From Squalus acanthias (lineage: Eukaryota), in NCBI GenBank assembly GCA_030390025.1, contig CM059432.1, forward strand, positions 27,840,001-27,904,000: DNA of 64,000 nucleotides. Direction: 5' to 3'. The position numbers and the translations under genes were made by a program. Positions 49,946-62,215 of the stretch are shown here, in pieces. The notes below the pieces were generated by a model that worked only from the letters and a program-made list of their open reading frames with translations, was not told the DNA's origin and did not search any database. The stretch's first letter is position 1, and the number at the start of each line of letters is the position of its first letter.

Positions 49946-51061
49946 TCTTCAGTGGAAGAACAGTGTAAATGGCAGATAATCGGGAGAACCCCCTACAGAT
50001 ATTCTATCCCCCCTGATGCCAGCTGCCCCATGAGAAGATACAGCTGCTTGCTCTCTGAAACTTTAAAAAGGAATATAAGAACAGAAGGAGGCCATTCAGC
50101 CCCTCGAGCCCGTTCCATCTTTCAATCAGGTCATGGCTGAACTGTACCTCAACTCCATTTGTCCGCATTTAATCCATATGCTTCGATACCCTTTCCTAAC
50201 AAAAATCTATCAATCTCAGTCTCTGCCAGGGCAGCACTAAAGTTGCTAAAATTGCCCAGGAGGAGAAAACAAAAATCAAGTAGGATTCCCGTTCCTGATC
50301 ACATTCCAGTGCTGTGTGTTGGAACAGTCCACATGTGGATTGCAGGTGAGGGCAAAATCAGGTTCAACTCTGATGCTCTCCTCTTTCCTCCCCCAGATGA
50401 AAAGCCTGCTGACACCCACTGTCAAGGATAGCATATGAAGAATACTGTCAGGGGATGTTGAGGAAGGAAATTAGTGTTCCCTAAAGTAGGGGGATCAACA
50501 GGTGGTATGGATGGGATGTCTATGATAGAATCATATATGGACTCTGAATAGGGTGGGCTCGATGGATTGAATGGCCGTTTCTTGCTCAGTTTCAAAATGG
50601 CTGTTTCAATAGCATTCAGGAGTGTTACTGGCAGCTGTAGAACCAAACACCACCCCCATCTTTAGGAGGATGAACAAAAAATTAAAAATAAAAGAAGGAT
50701 CACATGCTTCCCAATTTTGGTCTTCATTTCTGAAATACTTGGAATACGTTGCCAGTGACCACAAGTAATCCTCAATGAATGGGTGTGGTTTGAACCTCAG
50801 CAGCTCCATCATCAACCATCTGGCAAATTTAGATCCAATGTATACATGTTCTGTCTCATCTTATACAAATACATCTCTGTGATCTCTGTGTTCATTTAAA
50901 TGCTTCTTGTCATCGGTAAATATTTGCTGTGCCTGGGTATAGCACATGCCTGCCTTGTATCAGCTGAACAGGAGGAGGAACTCAACAGAAGCACAAAAAT
51001 GAAGGGTATTGAGGAAGCATCAACAACAAAATAGCAAAAATACCAGATAAATAAGGAACTG

Positions 51062-51275
51062 GGCGCTGTGGTGGGTTAGAAATTGACCTTTCACCTCTAG
51101 GACCTGGCTCCAAATCTAGCCTGAACAAGTTGGATGAAAGTTTCCTCTGCCTGTTGGCTATAATGGCCCTATCTTAAATGAGTATTGGCAGTCTCAATCC
51201 AGTTCCTAGTGGTACAAAACTGTCCGTGGTTCAATACTGATTGGCAATGTCACTCAGAAAAGTTACAAGCTGGCT
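51062..51275 (+). mobile_element. LF-SINE-like element (5' half)
   Basis: CCTTTCACCTCTAGG..CAAATCTAGCC..AAATGAGT..GTCTCAATCCAGTTCCTAGTGG matches the LF-SINE consensus blocks as I recall them. A related copy lies at 6960-7100. Confidence 0.6.
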
Positions 51276-54200
51276 GGTGTGGGAGATAGATTGCCATAAG
51301 ATGTTTAATGAGGAATGTAAACATACATGGTCTGGGTTTGGCAATTTTGATGAATTTCAACTCTCAATAGATGGTTAACATGTTCCATTCACACCTTTAA
51401 ATTAACTGATCAATTTGCAATCAAAAAGCAAGCAACCTTCTTCCTTCCATCCATCCTAATCAATACATAATCGGTCAATAACTTTGCTTCCTTCAAAGAG
51501 ATACAGTAGAAATTACCCAGGCATATTGGCTGGGATTTCTCACCCTCCATCCGATGATTTGCGCAGGCAGGGACAGGGTAAGGGATATGGAAATACTCCA
51601 CCACATCACTGACAATTTCTATAACCCTTGGATTTCCCGCTGGAATGGAGGAGTGTCAAAAGGAGTAGCATGGATACGATACATGCAAATTACAGAAATA
51701 CATCATACTCAACAACTGTTTTTTCCTCAAACCAAAAGTTGCCCTGGCAGCAGAGAAGTGGTTTGAATTTTTAAAATCTCAAAACTTTTGAGTTGCAGAG
51801 AAATTAACTTCATATGTCAAGAGGGTAGATTTCAATTTATTTTTTAAATGATAGATTTTGAAGTACCTTGGAGGCTACCAGCAACATTACACTGCCGAAG
51901 ACCTCGAGCGCTACCACATTAAAACTCCGCCTCCAATCCAGGTGGACTTGCAAGTGGAGCCAAAGATACGTTAATGACCTCAAGGACGGAAGACCATCAA
52001 GGGGCACATCTTTGTGGTGGGCGGAGGTCCCACCACGTCGAAGACGCGCCCCAACTCTGCATAAGCAGAAAGTCTGGGCTACTGTCTATGGTGTGACCTC
52101 CACTTTGAGTGTGGTGTTTTAAAACAGCTGGTTTGGACTTAGTGAAAATACAAGGAACCATAGACAACAAATTTCATTTATAGGATTTTAAAACCCTCCC
52201 TTCTCTGTTAGTGTTCTATTTACTGGTAATTGAATAGTTAAATAAAGAAGGAAAGAACTTGCATTTAAATGGCACCTTATCATATCCCAAAGTGTTTCAC
52301 AAACAAAATGAAGTGCAACCACAGTACAACAAGATCATAGAAGCAGAATGTGATGAATGATCAGTTAACCTATTTTTTGTAGAGGGCTGAATGTTGACCA
52401 GGATACAGGGAGAACTCTTCAAATAGTGCGATGGTATTTTTAACATCTACCTGAGCAGGGAGACGGGATCTTGGTTTAATATCTCAACCGAAGGACAGCT
52501 CCTCTGGCAATGCAGCTTGCCCTCAGTACTGCGCTGAAAACCAAACACCGTATGCCATCACATCTCCAATCCTTGGTGAGCTGAACTGCACAATTATCTG
52601 GTTGCATTCCGTACTTGGATGTCAGATCTATTCTTGGGTTTGGTGCATTATTTCCCAAAAGTGTTCAAGTATAAAAGCCCAGTAAGTGTCAGCTTTTTTC
52701 GCAATAAACCGAACGAGTGGTGCCTCCTGACAGACGGAGGTATATGCTGATGTGAGACGGATGTTGGGAGTATACAACCACCCATTCCAAGCATCACAAG
52801 AATTGTGACCCAAGCATGCCAGGACCACCATCAATAACACCCTGACCGTATTGTAACAGTACAACTGTAACAGTATTCACAACTGCAGCGGTTCAAGAAG
52901 AAGGCCTACCACCACCTTCTCAAGGGCTACCACTGATGGCCAATAAATGCTGGCCCTGCCAGTGACACCCACATCCTGAGAATGAATAAAAACAAAGTAT
53001 GGCAACAGGCTTACTGTATCAAAGCTCGCTACTGCAAATGAAATGTAAGCAAAATGTACAACCCTATCAACAAATAATGCAGGGTACAACTCCGGGGGGA
53101 AAAATTGTACATCTGAATTTACTCTAGTCGGGAATGCTGAAATAAATGATGAAGCACCTAAATGCTATTGGTCGATTATTAATTATTGTTCAAGGTGTTC
53201 TGGGCCTTTACATTCAAAATCTTTGCTGTCAGCATTTTGCTGCATCAAAGACAAGAAACAACAGTTCTAAGTTGACTCGAACAGCCAGCTCAGTTTGACC
53301 TGGTGTTATCTGATAGCAATTAAAAGGCTCCCAGATTAAATGCTTTTACTTATTTTTTTCTTTAAAATTCAATCCTAAATCTAGTTACTTTCTGAAGGTA
53401 AACTGGAATGAATGCTTTAAAAAAAAATGTTATTCAGTGATCAGGTGGGCCTCATTAGATTAGTACTCTGTATCCAAACTATGCCACACCTCACGGGACA
53501 ATCTTTCATGATGACACCAGATGCAAAAAGTGGGAAGGAGAGCCATCTCATAGCACTGAAATCCCTCAGTTTGAAAAGCACAAAGATTCACCAAAATATG
53601 GCCACTACATAAAAAATGGGCTACCATCTAGATATACAATCTCATTGAAATAGCAACAAGCATCTTCCTAACATTTTGAACATGCAATACAATAGATGGT
53701 TTAAAAAATACATGTAATTAGATATAGTTAGGCAATAATGAGATGGCCTGTGTAGTGAGTAGATTGACCATGCCAGTGTTTATGTTGGCACAAGTAAAGT
53801 CAATACACTTGAGTTCCCTCAGTCTGTGGGATTGCATATTTTGGCTTGTTTTCAATAAAATTAATGCCTTTATCACCATTATCTGCAAGTTCCTTGATTT
53901 CACAGCTGTCACACCGATGCACAACAATACAGTAAGAAATTTGACACAGAATGAAATTGGGAACAGATCCATGGGTTTTCTAATACAAATTAACCAAGCC
54001 AAAGCCTTCTTCATTATTGACCATACTAGCCTAATTGCTAGCTAATATCTTCCTTCTGTTTCTTGAGACCTTTCAGATAATTGATGGCCAAGTAGCCAGA
54101 TAGAGCGAGATCCATAAAACCAGCTGAAGGTACATCTCTTGATTTAAGAACTGGCAGGATCTTTGCTCATTTGATCATCAGCATTTTCCAAGAAAAACAT

Positions 54201-57200
54201 CAAGTCACTGTGGTGGCTCAACCCTGGGAAATCTATGGGTGAGTGGTTTGAACAATGCCAAAAGAGCCGGGGAACACCATTTGCTCTCTGTACAAGTCCC
54301 AATAGTGTGCCTCAACTGTAACCTCAGAAGAGCGGCCCCTACCTCATCAGTAGGAATTGTTCCATTTTCCATAGCAACTGTCCATATGGATTATCTTAAT
54401 AAGACTGTCAATTTTGGCCAAATTGACATCAGCTTTGTATTGTGGAGCTGTATTGGGATTGCCTTTAATTTTACTTAAAACCCTCACAACTGAGAGAAAG
54501 AAAAAGATCAGACTGTAGAACCAATTGTCTCTTTAATGGGAGGTTACTGGGTGGAATTAATTCTTCAAACAGTCCACACTGAAAACTTAGATGCCTCGCT
54601 GCCATGGGGATGGGGTCTGTAAGATTGTATTGCAGCAGTAGTTGCATCTCATGCAGTGAAACTTTTCCAGTGAGTTTTATTTTGCATTTAGCTGAAGCTT
54701 AATTTGTGGCACATAACATTGCATCACTACGCTTTATTTAATCTCTTTCCTCCTTTAAGATGCTCCTTAAAACCTATCTCTTTGATCAAGCTTTTGGTCA
54801 CCTGCCCTAATGTCTCCTTCTTTGGCTCGGTGTCAATTTTTGTCTGACTACACGCCTGTGAAAGTCCTTAGGCCGTTTTACTACATTAGAGGCGCTATAT
54901 AAATGTTGTTTTACTAACTCGGGGGGTTGATTTCGTCTGGTAGTGCAATGGTAAATGCATTCGTGTAAAATTCCTTTGTGAGCTACTTTAGTCAAATCAT
55001 TAACTCATTTACAACAACTATATCAAAGCCACTTTTATACGGATGCTCATCTGGTTTGGGCTCTGGAAGACTGGCATTCATGAGCCAACTCTTCATGTTT
55101 ACACTGCTCTTAGCCTGGCATAGTCCAGGGCTTTTTTCGTGGGCTTACAATTCTGCTGCTGGGATAAGGGATCCGGATTTAGTTGTGTAAACACGAGGAG
55201 AAGGCTCACAGACACTGGTCTTTCAGAATCCAAACTTACTAAGTGTTGGAATAAAAATAGCACACCAAAATATTTTGATGCTGTGCTATCAAAAGCAAAT
55301 TAAAGCTCTTAGCCTGATCTGCCAGGTGGCAATGTGCTCTCCTCGGGTCCATATTGCTAAGCGCCGCCTCCAATGTATTAAGTAGAACACCCTCCCCTTT
55401 CCAAGTGGCTCGGTGTCAAATTTTGTTTGATAACGCTCTTGTGATGCGTCTTGGGACGTTTTACTACATTGAAGTTGCTAGATAAATGCAAGTTGTTGTT
55501 GTAGTGTGGTTTATTTGTAATGCAGAGCCACTTTAAGCAGCAGCTCTGAGGTACCCGCTCACATCCTGGGTGCTGTAAAAAACCTGGTTTATATTAACTG
55601 CAGATCCCACAGCAGTTGGAATAAGCAGTGTTGTGCACATGCAGTTGCTTTTTAAGTTACGATTGCTGATAATTGTTTATGGCCACTGTGCCTTCTCCAA
55701 CAGGGATGCAAAAGTCGGACAAGCTGGTAGTCAGACAGCAAACATGGCTGCTCAATCTCTGATGATCTTTTGGTCTTGAAATGTCACTGAACGAAAATTA
55801 GCGTAGGAAAAAATAATGCATTCATGTAAAATATCTGTGCTCTTTTAACATGGCTTAGTGGTAGCATTCCTCGCATTTCGAGTCAGAAGGTGCCTGGTTT
55901 GAACCCTGCTCGAGACAGTCCTGGCGAGTGGAGACCAGAGCTCTGCCTCTGAGTTCTGGGTTTGCATCCAGTGAGATACTCCCGTCTGGCGGGCGTGAGT
56001 GGCACCCTCCCCATCGTATGGGTGGTGGAAGCCCATAAATCCCTCCCGTCGCATTTTATGCCCCCCTATCGGCTGGCATAAAGGTGGTCACGGCCACGAA
56101 AGAAGCGGTCACGTTGCAGCCTGTCAGACTGCTAATCAGCCTGCGAATCTTTCCGCCACTTTGCACTATTCTCCAAGAGAAGAGTGTGAAGATATGAAAA
56201 ATTAACAAAGAAAACCATTAACCCAAATAGGAACAAAAAGAATCTCATACAAACGTGACAATTATTGTGCTAATATTCTCACTGCATATTTTTAAGGACT
56301 TCAGTTTTATGATGTCTTTTGGGCAATGTTGCCTCAAGAGGGACCTAAGAGACCAGTTATTTTGATGGGTCTCTGACTCCCCCCCCCCACCCCCAAAAGC
56401 ACTATGCCATCTTGTTTATTTACTGCACTGTTACCAATAGCAACACCACCGTCAGTAGCAGCGAGCTAAAGTAAACTCACTGCAAAACTCTGTTAAAGAG
56501 GTACCGTGTTTGTGGAAAAGTGCCTTATGACCCCCCCTTTTCATCATTTTACAAACACGGCATAATTTGTTTCAAATATATTTCTTCTCGGGATGTGGGT
56601 GAGGCTGGCAAGGTCCCATTTATTGCCCATCACTAGCCAAATTGTCTCAGAGCTCCTCAGCCCATTAGGGACAGAATAAAAAGACACAAAGCTCTTGTCC
56701 CTCCCAAACAGAACTTTTCCATACATGTTATTCCACCAAAGACAAAGCCCCTTTAAAATGTGTTCAGGCCCCTCACTATCAGGATTAAATTCATCTGCTC
56801 AGCATGTACAGTCCACATCATTTATTCTCCATGGGGTTTCTCTGTACTTTTGTTTCCTGCCATGGAATCTTCCATTAGTTTTTTTTTTTAAGTCAGTCTC
56901 GTTTCAAACACGGTAATTAAGGCATTAAATCATTCCCATTAAAACATTAGAAACGCAGGTTCAGGCTTTCCGTTTTAACAAGACAGTTGGTACACAGCTG
57001 TGACTGCCACGACTTGGCACCTCACAGAAAACTTTACAGATGTTTCCAAGACACTTGTTCCCCAAGTCCCCCCTTCCTCTCACTCCCCAGCCCCAAAATA
57101 GTCAAGGAATCCAAATGCTTTCACGATACAGTATTTAAATTTGAAATCCCATTAAAACGAATTGTCATTTCGTTAATTGTCCTGATTTAAGCATTTTCCC

Positions 57201-57672
57201 AAATAATGTTGCCACGTGTTTAGTGGAGTTGAAGCATTACTCAAGACAGCCTGTTCTAACGCAGCTGTATTTTCCCAACCTTGCACTCATGTCAGAATCT
57301 CCCAGTGATATGAAATCCCTTTATCTCTTTTCCTACTTTCCTTTTTTAAAATTCCCAAACCGTGTTGCATTTTTCCCTCTCCCTCTTCAATCTCCTGCTG
57401 TCTCCCTAAAAATCCTTGCCCCCTGCCTTATTCTCATTCATAACACAAGTGTCCTTTTTTCTAATTCAGCGCTTCGCTCTCTCACTTTCCCCCTTGTTTT
57501 GGGCTCACTCCTCTTTTTTTAAATTCCCTCTTCCCCTTTAACCTAATCTCGCAGTTATCCTCGCCCATCACTTAAACACAACTCTTTTCTGTGGAGAAAC
57601 TTCTTTCAGGTTTTTTTTTAACGAAGAAAAGCTTTTCACACTAAAAGAGAAACAGAACCGACATCCATTCAC

Positions 57673-57720
57673 CTGAAGTATGTTGCTTGCCACTAGAATC
57701 CAGAGCAGCAGCCGCTTCAT
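57673..57720 (-). CDS. CCN4: CCN4/WISP1 coding exon 1 (signal peptide MKRLLLWILVASNILQ)
   Basis: Minus strand reads ATG AAG CGG CTG CTG CTC TGG ATT CTA GTG GCA AGC AAC ATA CTT CAG|GTGAAT. This is 16 codons, hydrophobic, resembling the MRWLLPW-type WISP1 N-terminus. Its phase-0 donor fits the phase-0 acceptor of exon 2 (giving ...NILQ-GLTQ...). A CRE lies about 170 bp upstream. Confidence 0.85.
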
Positions 57721-57849
57721 TCCTGTACAACGGTTGAAAATTCATTGAACCTTGAAGTTCAGGCTTTTGCAGATTCACAAACTCAGGATTCCACCAGTTT
57801 GCATTACTGAACACGTTATCCCAGTTAGTGCAATGCAGTCCTCCCTATA

Positions 57850-57910
57850 TTTCCCCTCTGTAAATTTAGCCTTTATTAATTCTCATGTGACGTCAGGATA
57901 GCTGACAAGT
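57850..57910 (-). promoter_or_regulatory. Putative CCN4 proximal promoter: perfect CRE TGACGTCA (57888-57895) followed by AT-rich TTAATAAA
   Basis: Palindromic CRE about 170 bp upstream of the ATG. A CREB site is a known functional element of the mammalian WISP1 promoter. Confidence 0.6.
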
Positions 57911-58376
57911 ATATTTTTCCCTTTTTTTTCCCTGGGTGTCTATCCCATTCTACCCACCTACTGTCGCATTCAGTGCATTGCTGAGCTAGGAGTTCTTAAA
58001 GGGACAGCGCACCCACCAAACAGAGTGCAACGGGAACGGACTGTTGCTGCTCTTGGTCCATTGAATGGACTCGGTGCCAAACTTCTCCATTTATTTTTTT
58101 TCATGTTCAGCACAATTTACGAAGCCAGGAGTTGCTGTTAAATTTCCTTTAAAGGATAAACGACACCCACCCAGCGGACAATTACAAAAATAAAAATCCC
58201 GGTTCTCTGCTTCCAGATCGCTGTCCCCAGAGACTCTCCTTTGCACTTAAAGTGGGTTTATCCTCAAATTTCACTAAAAACAGAAAAACCCCGAACAAGC
58301 GACACAGGCAATAGAGCCACTGAACAACGAAATACATCGAAATGGGTTCTTTCATTTATTGAGGAAAATTGAAGAG

Positions 58377-58562
58377 TTAAAATCATGAAATTATGAAAAT
58401 CAGAAAATAATACATACATATATATATATATATACACACACCCACACACATTTATATACACACATGTATATACATTGCTTACTCCAAAGGGTTAAAATCA
58501 TGAAATTATAAAAATCAGAAAATAATACATACATACACACACACACACATATATATATATAT
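58377..58562. repeat. Local ~114-bp tandem duplication with (TA)n/(CA)n microsatellites
   Basis: GTTAAAATCATGAAATTATrAAAATCAGAAAATAATACATACATA occurs at 58377 and 58491. Confidence 0.85.
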
Positions 58563-58839
58563 TACAACAGTGACTACACTTCAAAAAGTGCTTCATTGGC
58601 TGTAAAGCGCTTTGGGACGTTCGGTGGTCGTGAAAGGCGCTATAGAAATGCAAGTCTTTCTTTCTATACACACACACTCACATGTATATATATATACATT
58701 TAGATATGCCCAAATGCTGCCCCTTATTTATTGGAATATATTATTGGCCATGTACCTCACACAATTTTATTTAAATGAACACGTTATGTCTCTAAGTTTC
58801 GGCGTGTCTCCTCCTGGTTTAGGCGGTGGGGATTTCAGT

Positions 58840-58972
58840 CCTTTGATACATTTTGGGTGGAGAGACTCCCACCGCAGTGAAGGGAGGCGACAGGCGGCCG
58901 TGACTGGAAGCACGCACCGGCCCCATCCATTCCCACATTAATGCAAACGGAGTATTTCCAGGCGGATCAAAG
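58840..58972. promoter_or_regulatory. Two TCF/LEF consensus motifs (CCTTTGAT 58840-58847; GATCAAAG 58965-58972)
   Basis: Both match CTTTGWW, in opposite orientations, within a CpG-richer patch 1.1-1.25 kb upstream of a Wnt-induced gene. Confidence 0.35.
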
Positions 58973-59024
58973 TGTGGCTTGTGGCAGAGCCTTGTGCCGA
59001 CCGGGAAGTTTGTAGTGGGATACA

Positions 59025-59282
59025 AGGTAGGAAGGAAAAAATGAAGGGATGAGACTGGGAGAAGAAACGTTGAATTGAAAAAGTGAAAAGAGGGAAGCAG
59101 ATGGAATGGGAAGAGGGCGAGAATAAAAAGGAGGGAACAATCAAGTAAAGAAAAGTAAAAAGAAAGTGAATGGAAAATGAGGGGGAGAATGATAAGAGAA
59201 CAAAACAGAAAAGGAAAAGAGAATGGAGAGAAAGTGAATAGATGAAAAGAGGAATGAATAGAGGAAAAGAGAATGGAGAGTA
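59025..59282. repeat. Purine-rich low-complexity tract
   Basis: Mostly A/G on the plus strand. Similar tracts lie at 10995-11083 and 62740-63050, and a pyrimidine-rich tract at 57320-57545. Confidence 0.75.
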
Positions 59283-60071
59283 TTATTGTAGAGGTGTAAA
59301 AAAAGATTTTGATAAGCCCTTGAGCCGGGACAGTGATGGGATGAAGTGGCCGCCCAGTCTCCGCTGGCTCGGTCGGCTCTCACTGAACTGGTTGGACCCT
59401 GCGTTCTCGAAACAATGTTAAAGACGGCCAGTTATCACTGGAGGAGTCTCCTGGGCTGTGAGGGCAAAAAGGTGCCACCAGTGCCAGGGAACCTGCTGCC
59501 AATCAAGGTGTGTTTTATAGTTAAGCATCCGCATAATCAACCCCTTTGCTCTAACTTTTCAAAGTTGAAAAAGTGTTTCAAAATTAGCCTACAATCAGAT
59601 AAAACACCATCTCACAGTTTACGGGAAAGTTGAGAGGTTTTAAATTATATATCTGGCTCCTAAATGTGGGCAGAATCTGGACTAGTTTAGGGGACATCTC
59701 CAAAAAGAATCCCATCTCTGTTGTAAAGAAAAAGTAAAGGTCATCGAAAGTTCCTCTTTCCTGTCAATCACTGACTGCAATCTCCGGGGAGGATTAAAGG
59801 CAAGGAGGGAATAATAGACTAATTCCTTTAAAACGACTTCCATTTCATTCGACGAAACCGTCCGTGGACTTACATTTCAGAGATTGTTTTTCATTTAGAG
59901 ACGTTCCCTTGCTTTATGGCTCGTTACTATGAATCGAAGGGCTCATAAATTTAAAGGGATTTGTGTCTGAGCCTCACCAGGAACGGTGCACACTCCTCGG
60001 ATCACAAATAGATGCCGTCAGATTAAAAAAAGTATTGTGGGATTACTGTCCCCCCTTTATATTCTTCATTG

Positions 60072-60520
60072 GGTGTCAGTGGCAGCGCTCTCGCCTCTGA
60101 GTTAGAAAGTTGTGGGTTCAAGTCCCACTGGAGACTTGAGCACATACTCCAGACTGTACTGAGGGAGTGCTGCACTGCTGGGGGTGCCGTCTTTTGGACG
60201 AGACGTTAAACGGAAGAACGTTAAAGTGTCTGCCCTTTCAGGTGGTTGTAAGAGATCCCATGGAACAATTCTGAAGAAGAGCAGGGGAGTTTTCCCCAGT
60301 GTCCTGGTCAATATTTATCCCTCAACCAACATCACTAAAACAGATTATCCAGTCATTATCACATTGCTGTTTGTGGGACCTTGCTGTGCACAAATTGGCT
60401 GCTGCGTTTTTTTACATTACAACCATGACTACGCTTCAAAACTACTTCAGTGACTGTAAAGCTCTTTGGGATGTCTTGAGGTCATTAAAGGCGCTATATA
60501 AATGCACATTTTTCTTTCGT
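60072..60520 (+). mobile_element. Deu-domain SINE, near full length
   Basis: Head GTCAGTGGCAGCGCTCTCGCCTCTGAG..GGTTCAAGTCCC, Deu core, and tail AAAGGCGCTATATAAATGCA. Other copies lie at 9610-10080 (split), 40700-42020 (split), 52245-52535 (-) and 58560-58665. Confidence 0.8.
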
Positions 60521-61699
60521 TAAACATCTTGGGAAATTGTACATAAACAATCATGAATAACGAATGAAGGATGGAAAATTAAGAAAAAAGTTCCCCGTTC
60601 CCATTACAGCATCAAATTATTTGTAAAACGCTTCCAGGGTTTTCACCTCAGCTTCTGGGAGCGAGCCTTTGTCTTTGTGGTTGCATTCCCACCTCTGTGT
60701 CAGAAGGTGATCTCCCAACAGCCAATGTTCTCTTTAAGTTGCACGGCCGCGCAGCTGGCTTTCCAATGCGAAAAACCGCGCATGTGCGGTATTTTGAATG
60801 GGCCGCGCACTCAAAAAAAGGTAAGAGGGAACATTGCTGACAGCCCCGATGAGTGGAGGCTCTGAATTCTGGGTTGACATCCAGCGTGATACTTGCATCC
60901 GTTAGGTGTGGGTGGCTTCCCCCTCTTCGTATGGGTTGTGGGTTCACGTAGAACCTCCCACCTAGGACTAACCAACCTATTGGCTGGTATAAAGATGACC
61001 ATGGACGAAGTGTTCATGTCGCAGCCTGTCAGACTGCTAATCAGCCGACGAATCTTTTCATCACTTAACACTATTCTCCAAGGGAAGCATTAAGATAACG
61101 AAAACAACTACCTCCGCTACTGTCTCTGAAAGTGTGTTGATTGCTGTTTATATAAAGAATGTATACATTTATGAAAAACATATAACTAGCAAATGGTAAA
61201 TCACATACTCAACTGAGGGCAAGGCACACTGTTTTAAGAAACATGTCATTGCATAATATGCTCCACTGTTTATAATATAGACTCACTATTTTTCCTACTG
61301 AATTGCAGACGACCACTTTGCATTGATTATACATTATTAATATTTTAGTCAGCAAGTCATGAACCAGCTACAAGGAGTTCCTGCTCACCACGCTACCTGC
61401 CATTGGTAAAGAAAGAAGAAACTCCATGAAACAGTTCAGATGGCTGTAGTAAACTACCCAGTCTTTGTTCTGATTAAACGAAAAAGAAACTGCAAATGTT
61501 TTTGAGTATTGACCTTTGGTCAGAAGTGGAAACTGGGATATAAGAAAGATAAGCTCACTCATCATCCAGTTTCAGTTCTGACAAAGGGCATACACCCAGG
61601 ATGTTGACCTGCCATTTCAGAATCTCATCTTACCGAATAGTGTCTTTCCATTGCAGCATCTAGTTATTTCTTAAATGGTTCGGATGAAGTAGAATATAA

Positions 61700-62215
61700 G
61701 CTGGACGTGGTACAGTGCCCTGGACAGATTGCACTTTGAGTGCCATGTCTAATTTTGGTCAGTGAGACACACTCAAGCACTGGGGGCAATCCAGAGAAGA
61801 GCCACAAGGTTGATTCCTAACATCACAGGATTGAGTTAAGAGGTAAGACTGGAGAAACTTGGATTCTTCAGCCTTGAAAGGAAACAACTGAGAGGGGACC
61901 TCATAGAGATACAGAAGAGTAAAAGGTAAAGAAAAGATTTGCAGGTATCTGCGCTACATTAAGGAAAACCATGGCAGTATGGCAAGGGGACACAGGTTTT
62001 GAAAAGGTGAAAGGCCAGTTTAGACTGATGTCAAGAAGTTCTTCATATGAAGTGTGATCAAGAGTCGGAATGGACTTCTGAACAGAGTAATGGAGGCAAA
62101 ACCATTGGAATCATTTAAGAGACAATTAGATGCTGTGATTGGTGACTGTTGTTTTTCTAGATGGGTGAGATGAGATGGGCTAAATAGCCTTTTTTATTCA
62201 TATTAATCTTGTTTT
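61700..62215 (+). mobile_element. Old CR1 3' fragment
   Basis: Degenerate ORF2 C-terminus (CAGAGAAGAGCCACAAGG..GAGAGGGGACCTCATAGAG..TGGAATCATTTAAGAGACAATTAGAT). Confidence 0.7.

Larger units (their letters stand above)
6174..57672 (-). other. CCN4: CCN4 intron 1 (~51.5 kb), repeat-rich
   Basis: Spans the GT at 57672-57671 to the AG at 6175-6174. No other host coding exon was recognised in between. Confidence 0.8.
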
